Made by a program: the position numbers and the translations under genes
Notes under the pieces: model-generated
Databases searched by the model: none
What the model was told of the DNA's origin: nothing
Seen by the model: only the letters and a program-made list of their open reading frames with translations
Origin: Gnetum montanum
Taxonomy: Eukaryota; Plantae; Gnetophyta
Length of the DNA: 64,000 bases
Assembly (NCBI GenBank): GCA_015680685.1
Contig: MNCI01002485.1
Location: forward strand, 1,126,914-1,190,913
Reading direction: 5' to 3'
Shown here: one piece after another, positions 13,728 through 25,499 of the stretch
Layout of the letters: each line of letters starts with the position of its first letter
Position numbering within the stretch: the stretch's first letter is position 1

Positions 13728-14419
13728 GAATTCTTTATAATAGAAAATCTTAAAGCTTCTTTGTTGACAATCTTATGTTGCTATTAAGTTATGATGAGTA
13801 AATCAACCTACTTCTTATATTTATAATATAATCATAAAAATCTTAGTAAAATCAAAGAGAAAATATAACTTAAGATAATAAAATATTTAATAAAAGGTAA
13901 CATATACCTTTTTTTTAAGAAAAAGAAAAAGCTAACGTTTACTTTTTGTTTTAAAAGTTAACATTTATGTTTTTGGATTTTATAATTTTTAGGTTTACTA
14001 AAGTGGAGTTATCACAAAGTACTCTCCGAGACAATTCCAATGGTATCAATTTCATCAAAATCTAACTTATGGTTTGGAAGATAAAGTCAATTTTGGTTTA
14101 CATGTAGTTTAAAAATTTAAAATTAAAAAATAATAATATAAAAATGATTTTTTTAAAAAAAATTTTAAAAATAAAATTTTAAATAAGGGATCTGAAGCTC
14201 AAACTTGAGCCCCAATTGCTAATTTAAAAATTATATATATATATAAATTTTTTTGGCCGACAGCTAGTTATAGCAAGGCCATGGCCAACTATAGTCAACT
14301 GTAGTAAGGGGGTGGCCAGCAGCTACAAAAGGGTTGTGACTATAAGTTTGGTTCCTAGGGCTAGCCCCAAACTGGGGCAAGTAAGAAAAACTAGCCCTGC
14401 CATCATAGCTATTTTTTTC

Positions 14420-14680
14420 CACCATTGATGTTTTCCATCATTGTCACTGCTATTCCATCATTGTCACTGCTATTTCCCCTGCTGTTGTCACTATTTCTTT
14501 TCCATTATCACTACACTACCTTCTCTTCATTGCCCATCACTACCTCTCACACAGTTCATCACTACCTCCCAAACCACCCATTACTGCCTCCTACACTATC
14601 CATCACTACCTCTTCTGCTATCCATCACTACCTCCTACACACCCATTATTACCTTCTTTGTTAGCCATCATCACCTTTTG
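14420..14680 (+). repeat. Degenerate CCATCACTAC/CATTGTCACTGC simple-repeat array
   Basis: Repeated CATCACTACC and CCATCATTGTCACTGCTATT units; this array explains ORFs 14425-14664 and 14441-14716. Confidence 0.75.
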
Positions 14681-14899
14681 GCCACCACGTGGACCTTGAA
14701 ATGGGTTGTTCATTAATTGATGAAAAAATAATTTTTTTTTTGAAAATTAGCAAAAAATTTTAAATTCCCATCAACTAATAAAAATTTTTCGAAAACAATT
14801 TTTGCACCTGTTAGTGTTAGTTTAAATTAAATACACGCTCAATTATTTACAAAAACTCAAATTGGCATTATGGAATTAATAGAAATAAAAATTTTGTCA

Positions 14900-14951
14900 T
14901 TAAGTGTGCATGTCCTGGAGTAGAACTGGGATGGGTGACCTCTTAGGAAGT
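14900..14951 (+). promoter_or_regulatory. 5S rRNA-derived segment (Pol III internal control region: end of box A, IE, box C)
   Basis: TTAAGTGTGCATGTCCTGGAGTAGAACTGGGATGGGTGACCTCTTAGGAAGT aligns without gaps at 42/52 positions to the plant 5S sequence as I recall it; GGATGGGTGACC is intact. It is not a full 5S gene. Confidence 0.85.
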
Positions 14952-15270
14952 GTCAAAAAATCTAAAAATTGAGAAAACTTAAAATGACTATAAATTTTAA
15001 ATTCAGAGTCCATTTTCAACCAAACAAAAACTAGTTCCAATAGATTTAAACTTCCAAAACTTAATAGAATGGTTATATTTAGCTTTTGGATTACAAAAAA
15101 TTAGCTTTTAATTCATTAATTTAGGTCCCAAAAATAATTAGGATTCTACACTCACTGAGAAATCCATAACAGTTTCAACTTCTTCCAAAACTAACTAAAT
15201 GATTTCGAATCTCATGAAAGGGCCATTGAGGCTAAGGATTCTTAACATACTTGATTTCTTCAACTTACTG

Positions 15271-18200
15271 ATGTCTAAAACATGAAGAACAAATTGGAGA
15301 GAAATGGAAGCCTGAGTCAATGATCGAATGAATACTCTTGAAGATCAAATTAATGAAATCAGGGATGTTCAAGAACTTCAACACTCAAACCAAATGTTTG
15401 GGATAGAGATGCAAAACATGTCTAAAGAAATTAAGAAATTGTCCCAAAATTCATAGGAGAAATGGTCTAAAGTACAAGGAAGATGGATTCCTTTGTAGAC
15501 TCCATCAAGCAATGAATCGACCATCTTAGTCAACCTTCGAGTCCTACCCATGGTCTACCTAGTGATCAACATTAAGATCAACCTTCCACTAGGAATCCAC
15601 AATAAACACAACTTCCACTTGTTAATGGATAGGATACTAAAATCCACCTTGTAGACAATAGAATGAATATTGAGGGTGAAGGATATGGGAAGTGGCTTAA
15701 TCCATTTAGAGAATTATTGACATAAGTTCATGCTAAGAAAGTAAAGTTAGATCATTACGATGGAGCCCTTGGATCTAGCACTAAGGCAAAGGATTGACTT
15801 GATACAATGACAAGTTACTTTGATATGTTGAATTTATCAAGCTATAAACATCTAGAAGTTATCTCCTTGTATTTAAGAAGACTTGCAACAACATGGTGGA
15901 ATGGGCTAAGATCTCAAGGTTTGATTACACATTGTCTTAATTTTTTTCAAGATTTTGAATATAAATTTGTTCTCGATTTTTTTCTCAAAGAGTGTAAAAC
16001 AAGATTTGATTCCTTAAGGTTGGGAAAACAATTTGTAGATGATTACTACAAAGAATTTTGTGATCTTTCTCAGTATGTAGGTCACCAGGATGAGGGAGGA
16101 TTAACTTCAAAATTCATGGGAGGACTACATGCTCAATTACATCCCCAAACATGAGACCATAATCCATAAAATGTTGATGAAGCATATAGAATTACTAAGG
16201 ATTATGAGGAATTGAATCAGATATGAGTGATCCTTCAACAAGAAACTTTTCAAGAAACCACTTTTCCTCAAGTAATGGTAGAGGAGACACTAATAAAAGA
16301 AGCTCAACTAGGATCTAGATGTTTCTTTTGTGGTGAGGATCATTTCAAACTAGATTGCCCAAAATTTTGAGCAAAAATATAAAGGACCAACCATATTAGA
16401 AATTATAAATCAAACCCAAACATGAACAAAGGAAAAATTCCAGCCACTGTCACAGCTGTCAAGAAGATATCCGCATTAACTAAATCAAGTTTGTGAAAAA
16501 TTTTAGTTTGCTTTACTAATTTTTGAAGGTTCAATTGAAGGTAAAAAAATTAAATTTTTGATTGATAGTGGTGGTAGTCATAACTTTATTTATCCAAATT
16601 TAATTAATTTATTGAAATTAAATATACCTTCCTAGAAAATTATTAAGATAGAACGAGCAGATGGAACAACTATGAGCAAGCATATCAAGTATGGAGAAAT
16701 TAACTTTACTTTACAAAACATGCCTTTTGTTGATGATTTTTTTGAATTTGAACTAGGTGACATTAATGAAATTTTAGGAATGTCTTTCCTGAAAAAATTT
16801 GATGTTACTGCCCTCTTTGAAACTCATATTTTAAAAGTTCCAAAAACTCATGGAGTCAAGGTTCTAAAAGGGGTAGGAACAACAAAGAAAATTCATACAA
16901 TAACTATTAAGCAAGCTAAAAGATTTTTCAAAAATGGTGCTATAGTGTTGGTTGTTAAAGTAACCCAACCTCATAAATTTTTATGTGTTAAGATCCCAAA
17001 TGAACTTAAGGAATATAAAGATTCAGCATTTGGTGAAACTATAGAATTACCTCCAAAACAAATTGTTGAACATATCCTTGATATTTTTCCTAGTGCACAA
17101 CTTGTCTCAAAATCTCTTTAATGATTTTCTATGTTGAAATTAAGAGAATTAAAAGTATAATTAGACCAATTATTGGAAGAATGAAAAATTAGACCTAGCA
17201 TATCACCTTGGTGTGCACCAATTTTATTCGTTAAAAAGAAAGATAGTACACTAAGATTATGCATCAATTATAGAGCATTGAATAAAGTAACAATTAAAAA
17301 TACTTATCCATTTCCTAGAATTGATGATTTATTTTATCAACTTATGGGTGCATGTTATTTCTCAAACATTGATTTAAAATCAAATTATCACTAAATAAGG
17401 ATTAAGGAGAAAGATACTGAGAAAACTACTTTTAGAACCAGATATGGATTATATGAATTTGTTGTGATGTCGTTTGGATTAATTAATGCACCTGCAACAT
17501 TTATGACATTAATGAATAATATTTTTCATGAATATCTTGTTAAATTTGTTATAGTATTTATGGATGATATACTTGTTTATTCTAAATCAAGAGAAGTGCA
17601 TATCAAAAATTTGAAAACTAAAATGGAAATTCTGGAAGAACACCAAATAAAAGCTAAATTGAGTAAATGTGAACTCTTTAAGGAAGAATTTTTATACTTA
17701 GGACATATAGTTTTCAAGAAAATATTGCAAGTAGATACTGCAAAAATTAGTGTGATCCAAGATTGGCCTGAATTAAAAGATGTTATAGCAGTTCAAAGTT
17801 TCTTAGGGTTAGCTAATTTTTATTGATTTTTCATTAAATATTATTCTGCGTCGGTAGCCCCATTAACTAACCGTTTGTAGGAGAAATGTGAGTTCAAATT
17901 TGATAAAAAATGTAGGGAATCTTTTCTCAGATTAAAGATGGTACTTACAATAGCACCTATTTTGAGAATTCTGGATGAAGATATACTATTTGAAGTATCC
18001 ATGGATGCCTGTGGAATAGGAATTAGTGTAGTTCTTTCATAGGATGATAAAATGGTATGTTATGAATCTCGTAAATTACGAAAAGCTAAGGTAAATTACT
18101 TAACCCATGATTTAGAATTACTAATAATTATTCATGCTTTGAAAGTTTGCAGACATTATCTTTGTGGAAAGAAGTTTGTACTAAAAATAGATCATAAAAG

Positions 18201-19795
18201 TATAGAATATTTGCAAAGACAACCTATTTTAAATACTCCTCAAAGGTGATGGATAGAATTATTTGTAGAATATGATTTTGAAATCAAATATATAATTAGC
18301 AAAAAAAAAATGTGGTAGCTAATGCCCTTAGTTGAATGTCGAATTTAAAGATAGGTGTAGTAATGACCCCTATGGAAGAATAAATTAAAAAACAAATAAC
18401 AGAAGATCCTTTAAAAATATTTTAACCAATATTTCCTATGAGCCTCAATATCAACTTACTTCTAATGGTTTACTGATGAAAGGACAAAGAGTATGCATAC
18501 CAGAAGGAAATTGAAGACAAAGGTTGTTGTGTGAAGAACATGAAGTACCATACATAGGATACCTATGTTATATTAATACCTATATGATAATATGAAAATC
18601 TTATTTTTGGCTTGGAATGAAGAATGATGTGTCTGCATAAAGTAAAAATTGTTCAACATGTTAAAGAATAAAGGCTAAATAGAGGGAACCTAGTGGATTA
18701 TTGCAACCTTTGAAAGTTCCAACCTATAAATGGAAAGATATCACTATGGATTTCATTCTGGGATTGCTAGTAATTGAAAAAGGAAATGAATCTATTTTCA
18801 TAGTAGTTGATCATCTATCAAAGATGGTACATTTTATAGCTTTGAAATCTACAAATGTAGCAAAAGAAATAGCCTAAAAATTCGTATGAGAAATATTTCA
18901 ATTACATGGTTGTCCAAATACTATCACTCTAGAGAGAGATCCCAAGTTCATATTTGAATTCTAGAAAATTTTCTTCAGAGAGCTTGGAACCCAATTAAAA
19001 TTTAGCATAGCATATCACCCTAAGACTAATGGACAAGCTAAATTTGTGAGTAGAATATTAGAAGATATCCTACAAAGCTACATTGGGAGTAGACCAAAAA
19101 TGTGGGAGAATTATTTACATCTAACAGAATTTTCCTATAATAACAATTATTAAGGTTCCATACATCAAACACCATTTGAGGTACTATATGGACGTAGTTT
19201 TCATACACCATTAACTTGGGTAGATCCAACCTTAAGAGCAGAATGAAAGGAAGAAGAAATGAAAATAATGGAAAACATTGTCACAAGGGTTAAAAAAAAT
19301 TTGCAAGGTGCCCAAGATAAATATAAAGGATATGCAAATCAACATCAACTTAAAAAAGAATTCCAAGTAGGTGATCAAGTATTTTTGAGAGTAAAACTTA
19401 CTAGAAGTTCTCTTAAATTAGCAAAATATACTAAATTAGCACCTAGATTTTGTGGACCTTTTGAAATCTCTAAAAGAATTGGAAAAGTAGAATATTAATT
19501 GAATCTTCCAAAAACCTTAAAAATTCATCCATTTTTTCATGTGATTTTGCTAAAGAAATTTCATGAAAATAATATTCCATATGTATTGGATTGGAATAAT
19601 TTGCCATTCTGAGCCAACACTGGCTTTGAAGTAAAACCCATTGTTATTAAAGACCAATGAACCAAGAAATTATGAAATAAAAATATTAGTGAAGTACTTG
19701 TTCAATGGTCAAATTGTGATCAACAGACTTGGGAAAATAGGGAGTTTAGTTTAAATACTTACCTCCAACTTTTTGATCATCATGATATTGAATGA
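15271..19795 (+). pseudogene. Chromovirus gag-pol with C-terminal chromodomain
   Basis: Gag in ORF 15807-16154; zinc knuckle CFFCGEDHFKLDC at ~16320; PR LIDSGGSHNFI at ~16558; RT VFMDDILVYS; RH at ~17990-18330; INT ITMDFILGL at ~18740; LAPRFCGPF; chromodomain EVLVQWSNCDQQTWE at ~19690. Confidence 0.93.
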
Positions 19796-19977
19796 AAGGT
19801 TGAATTTATTATGGATGTAATAAATTATGTTTATAATTTTTGATATTTTATTTGTATATATGATAATGAGGAGAATAAGGGAACTGAAGTTGAGTAGCAT
19901 AATAATGAAGTAGTCGTTGAGTAGCTGGATATTGAGGAAGCACTTGAGGACAAGCTAGCTAGTTTAGGGGGGTATAT

Positions 19978-20487
19978 TGTAATGTCCCATCCCTTGTTAA
20001 GGTTGGAAACAATTGTAAACAATGTAATTAACCTTCTAATAAAAGGGAACCTTGTTATGAGAAGTTATGACTATTCATGTATCCCTTGGGAAAGGGTTTG
20101 ACCTATGCCATTTAAGGCTAGGGTTAGAGGTCATGCCGAGCATGAAGTTGTGGAGCTTGGAGAGGTAAGTAATAAAATCTAGGTGAAGCAAGAAAAAAAA
20201 GGACTAATCACCCCTTTGGTAGGATAGCCTAACTATGGTGGTAATGCTCGATTGCCTCTAAGGCTTTAGTGGCATAAAAAGATAGCCCAAAAGAGCATTA
20301 CAATACTATCTTCCATTAATATAGTTTTTTCATTTTCTTTGCTCAATTCTTTAGTACCAATTATTTATTTTCCAATTAATCCATTATTTAAATATTTATA
20401 ATATTTTTGATATATTTTCCACTAAAATGATGAATGTAATAACTTAACCATTCGTATTTTTACGACATCCGAGAATGGGATGTCATA
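19978..20487 (+). repeat. 3' LTR of the chromovirus
   Basis: Direct repeat of 11088-11592, preceded by the PPT and followed by the TSD. Confidence 0.95.
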
Positions 20488-20641
20488 GTAGTTATACCCT
20501 AAACCTTCCCTTGCTAAAATGTCTACCATTAGACATATATATTAAAAGATAGAAATATACTCATAGAAATCTACATCATAAGTTATATTTTTAACTGAGT
20601 TGTGTGTAGATGTGACATAGACATCTACTAGTGATGATAGG

Positions 20642-23373
20642 TGATGAGTAGTGAGGTACCCCTATGCTCAACTATACAAATACGAGTGTTTCACACATGA
20701 TTCGGATGAATTCCAAGGACTAAGTGCTTATGCACCNNNNNNNNNNNNNNNNNNNNNNNNNNNNNNNNNNNNNNNNNNNNNNNNNNNNNNNNNNNNNNNN
20801 NNNNNNNNNNNNNNNNNNNNNNNNNNNNNNNNNNNNNNNNNNNNNNNNNNNNNNNNNNNNNNNNNNNNNNNNNNNNNNNNNNNNNNNNNNNNNNNNNNNN
20901 NNNNNNNNNNNNNNNNNNNNNNNNNNNNNNNNNNNNNNNNNNNNNNNNNNNNNNNNNNNNNNNNNNNNNNNNNNNNNNNNNNNNNNNNNNNNNNNNNNNN
21001 NNNNNNNNNNNNNNNNNNNNNNNNNNNNNNNNNNNNNNNNNNNNNNNNNNNNNNNNNNNNNNNNNNNNNNNNNNNNNNNNNNNNNNNNNNNNNNNNNNNN
21101 NNNNNNNNNNNNNNNNNNNNNNNNNNNNNNNNNNNNNNNNNNCTAGAATAACCACTCTAATAATTAGAATAACTGCTACAGTAAACGATAGAGTAACCAC
21201 TCTAATAATTAGAGTAACTACTCTCATCATACCCCCATGACCGAATGAAAACTCATCCTTGAGTATAGAAGAAAAGAAACAAGTTCTTTACAAAATATTG
21301 GGATGGTATGGGATTATTGACTAACTAACAACTGATGGTGAAATGGGATGACAGACTCAATGTGCCTTATGAATGGATCAATAAGCATATTACAACATTA
21401 GTGTTCATGACCATTGTGGTGAACACTGGTACATAAATGACATCCAAGCCTTTATTTGGAAGCTTGTAGAGAAAGAGAGAGAAAGAAAATGGTGCATTTT
21501 GCCACCAATTCCGAGATTGTGCCTTTTGTTATTTATTCATAGCAATGCCACCAAACTTGCTCCTTTCATAACTGCTCTAGTTTTAGTCCATCCTAAGTGC
21601 TTCCTCCAAGCCTGGTCCATTTTTTGTATGATCACCATCTACACACACAACACAATCACAAATGAGCAAGGATAGATAAACCACAATGCAGTTGATACCT
21701 TGCCTCAATATGAAGTGCATTGGTTGAGTTGTTGTTATAGTAGAAATTGGTTTAGAGATTTATCACAGGTGACTACCCAAGGTGTAGGGGTTAGGAAAAT
21801 ACTCATTTTCGCTTAAGACATGTGGGGCATCCTAGGACCACTTACCCTTCAAGGACTTATGATGTCTCTCCTATTGCAAGTACCTATGACATTGTGCCTT
21901 TGTGGGATGGTATTCTCTTGAGTCATGATCTTTCACAATGTATTCTACATGTAAGTGCAGCATGCCAATTCATGTGAGAGCATGAAGGAGTATGCTCAGG
22001 ACTTAATGATTAGGAGATAACACTATGTTACTTTCTAAGTCTCGCCAATGCAGTTTTTCCTCTTGATGGAGATAAAGGTAAAGTTTGGTATATACTCATC
22101 AAGATGAATATATACCACTCAAAATTCTTGAGGGACTAGTGGATCAATGTCATGTGTATTACATCGTTGACTATTTCCTATTTTAGACCTAGGCAATGAA
22201 ATGCTTTCATATGAAGAAGCATACATACTTGTCTACTTAGTGTGAAATGTATTCTTGCTTATTATTTTCTCAATCAACCCTAATGGTTCCTTCCAATGAT
22301 GTGAATGAATTCCTATGTTCTAATTAGTGCACAAATAACTAAGTCATCAGCAACGGTGCCAATGATGAGCAGCGAGGTACCCCTACGCTCAACCATATGA
22401 ATACGAGTGTTTCACACACGATCTGATCGAATTCCAAGGACTAAGTGCTTATGTGACCTTGTGGAACAAGGATAGGTCGGGTGATCATTGTCTTCTCAAA
22501 CTTACCTATATGGCATGATTGTATAATTAAGTAAGCTTGAGGCATATGATTTTTGTAGCTTTTATGTTTTTATGTCCTACGCTAGTAGGGAAGGAGAGAG
22601 GTAACTAAGTGAATAATTTAACCTAACTAATCATTAACTAAGTTCTAACTAATCTTAACACTAGCATCCATTCCCACTTTACATACATATCTTGAACTAG
22701 TGCAACACTGCTAGGATTACCAAATGCTAATCGTTAGTGGGTTACCAAGCGTTACACACATGCTTGAAATGGTCATGCTTCTGTAATTTAACAATTTTCT
22801 TAATTGATCAAAATGAATTTTTGTGCTAATAATAAAAATGTAAAGTGCATAAAATAAAATAAAATAAAATAAAATAAATGAATAAGAAATTGAAATAAAA
22901 GAAATGCATAAGAAAAAAAATCTCAAGTACTACAAGGATGAATCAAAGAGCTTGTCATTATTGCCATACACAAGGTGTGCTTAGGTACACAATGCTCGAA
23001 TAAAGATCCATCCAAACTTAGAACTCCTACTGTAGGCACTTGGAAAATAATCTAACTTTCAAATAGACTACAAGAGTTTTGCTACTTGACTACTAAAATA
23101 CTTTCTTCCCAATTGTGTGTTTGGGCACTATGTTTATAGGCTTGGGAGCAACTACTCTAATAATTAGATTAACCACTCTAATAATTAGAATAACTTCTAA
23201 AGTAACCGCTAGAGTAATCACTCTAATAATTAGAATAACTAGTAGAGTAACTACTAGAGTAACCACTCTAATAATTAGAGTAACTACTAAAGTAACTGCT
23301 AGAGTAATCACTCTAATAATTAGAATAACTGCTAGAGTAACCACTCTAATAATTAGAGTAACTTCTTTCATCA
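20642..23373 (-). mobile_element. Non-autonomous, non-coding Athila-family element B (LARD/TRIM-like)
   Basis: LTRs 20642-21229 (gapped) and 22363-23373; minus-strand PBS TGGCACCGTTGC at ~22350-22361; PPT TGGGGGTA at 21230-21237; TSD ATAGG/ATAGT; 1133-bp internal region without recognisable domains. Confidence 0.88.
23150..23361. repeat. Palindromic tandem array in the LTR U3: 21-bp unit with core ACTCTAATAATTAGAGT interleaved with 12-bp CTACTAGAGTAA
   Basis: Six CTCTAATAATTAGA cores; the same array occurs at 21143-21220 in the sister LTR. Confidence 0.9.
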
Positions 23374-23536
23374 ATAGTCATCTATCTTTTCATAAAAAGT
23401 CCCTTGATAGCTATAATTACATAAAGCTAATCCTTCATTTTTCCCTTATTCTTCCACATGCAAGTGTAGATGACTGAGGGTAGATGACCACGACTTCTTC
23501 AACAATAGTGGTTTATGGATTTCTCTTCCAAATTGA

Positions 23537-25168
23537 TGGCTTACAAGAATATTGTGACATCCAAAGATCCTCCTAGAATAAACAAGATGTGAAAAGAAGC
23601 TTCTTCTAGTGCTACAAACTCCTACACTCAATTTCACTCCACTAATGTCCAACATTGAGTTGAGGTCATTCATTCTATTACCATTGTCTCTAATAAGTCT
23701 CTTTGTTTTTAGCAACAACATAAAATAAACTCATGAAATTTTTTCAAGTATTGAACTAGATGATATTTATTTCCATGAACTTCTATGTTCCTAAAATTTT
23801 CATTAAGAAATTTTGCAGTAATATTGTAATTTCCAATGCTAGTGTTGGTACATTTACTACCACTATTAGGGTATTGTTCATGGATGTCACCCCTCAAGTT
23901 GTAAATGCCATCCTTGGAATTTTTATTGAAGATCTTCATAGGGTCACTATTTACTCTATGATTAATATTTTTACAAATGTTGTAATATCTATGTCCCATG
24001 ATGAGGTTTGTGATGCTTTGTTTGTGTAGTCTATATCCTTGCATAGTGGGAAAGTTCTTAGGAGTCATATGGCTTCATATGTTTCTAGCCTCTTTCTCAT
24101 TGTTATGTATGACATTATTGTAAAAGGGGGAAGCTACAACTATTTGTTTTCAGCCCAAGCCTTTGTCCTTTATTGTTTACTCATTGCATAGACACTAGAC
24201 TTGTGCCATATCCTATGCAGAGACATATTAGGACTCTTTACTATGGAGAGAGTCTATGGGCATCCTCATCTCATTATTCTATTCATCCATTAGAGAGGTG
24301 TTTCCATTTCTAATATGTCTTTGCTTAAAGGCAAGATAAGCCTTGGGGAGTATTCAAAGAAGAGAAGCTCCACCATGTTGAGGTAGAAGAAACTTACACC
24401 AAGTCATAACATTCAAGGAAGAAGGGATCTACATCACCATCTTAGGGCTCTCCTTAGTTGAGAAGATCCAAATCAATTGACAGATAGATGAGATTCGTCC
24501 TCAAGAATCTTCTCAAGCCTTTTTCTACTACCATTGGGATGATTGGTAGGAGCCTCTCTTACCTTCATAAGAGAATGGATGCAGCTGAAGTACCTCTTCC
24601 TTGTGATGGGTAGCAATTTGTGAAGATCACCATTCCTTTCATATTAAAAAATGAGGAGGACTATCCATCCCTAGATAGACACTTGGTAGAAACTAAGCCA
24701 TTCTAGGCATATGACTTTGGAAATGCATTTGATTCAAAGGTGATTGATGCACCACTTGAACAAGTTCAAGGGAAGATTCTTGATGCCATGAAGCTTGGTT
24801 CTAGTTCCCCCTACTAATAATGTTTCATAAAATTTTAAGAAATAGGCCATGGAGAGCATTTATGGGCCTTCTTCTTAGTGAATATTAGTGGACCCCATTA
24901 CATATCAAAGAAAATGCATTTCCTCATCCACTCAACAAGATCTAATGCATCCACCCATTTCATCCCAATTTCAACTGAAGCCTCATCCAAGAAGCTTCAT
25001 CCTAGAAGAGGTCCTATCCATGTTTCATCATCTAATGATGATGATGAGTACCACATCTCTGGTGCTAGCACTAGTAGTGATGATGAGGAGGAGGAGACTT
25101 ACCAGCCTTCTTATGTAGTAGCTGCTTCTTATGATGAGTCTAATGATGCTATCAAGATTAGTAACTAG
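23537..25168 (+). pseudogene. Env-like / putative plant transposon protein ORF of C1
   Basis: MIFISMNFYVPKIFIKKFCSNI...DVTPQVVNAILG and YGHPHLIILFIH*RGVSI motifs; acidic tail DDEEEE; homologous to 50468-48922. Confidence 0.7.
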
Positions 25169-25499
25169 GTTGTCTGATGGTGATCCCTCCTTTTGGGTGA
25201 TGTCCAAAAAATGTAAGAGTTTTTGGGAACATTTTAAAATTTTTAGATAGTGGATATAGGCATATATGGATATATGGACATGTATTTTCAACTTTTTAAG
25301 TGATGATGGACAACGGTATTGTCTCATGATTATGGATAGTTTGGAATTTGGGAACTTTATGGAGACATCCTTGTGTTATCTTTGTCTTAATATCTTTGCC
25401 TTATGCCTTTTAATTATATTCTTATGTTATCCTCAACTACAATTGGAATTTAGTTATCTTAAATGCTATTATCATTTAACTTTTTTGTATTATGAATGG

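Larger units (their letters stand above)
11088..20487 (+). mobile_element. Full-length chromovirus (Tekay-like Ty3/gypsy), decayed
   Basis: Paired LTRs 11088-11592 and 19978-20487; perfect TSD GTAGT (11083-87 and 20488-92); Met-type PBS; gag-PR-RT-RH-INT-chromodomain; PPT TTTAGGGGGGTATAT. Confidence 0.95.

Noticed and set aside
14900-14951. 5S rRNA gene
   Set aside because: Only ~52 of ~120 nt are present and there is no tandem array; reported as a promoter-like fragment instead.
23093-23477. Repetitive ORFs on both strands (TLIIRV repeats) and a CRISPR-like look
   Set aside because: Artefact of 21- and 12-bp tandem palindromes within an LTR; no unique spacers and no cas genes.
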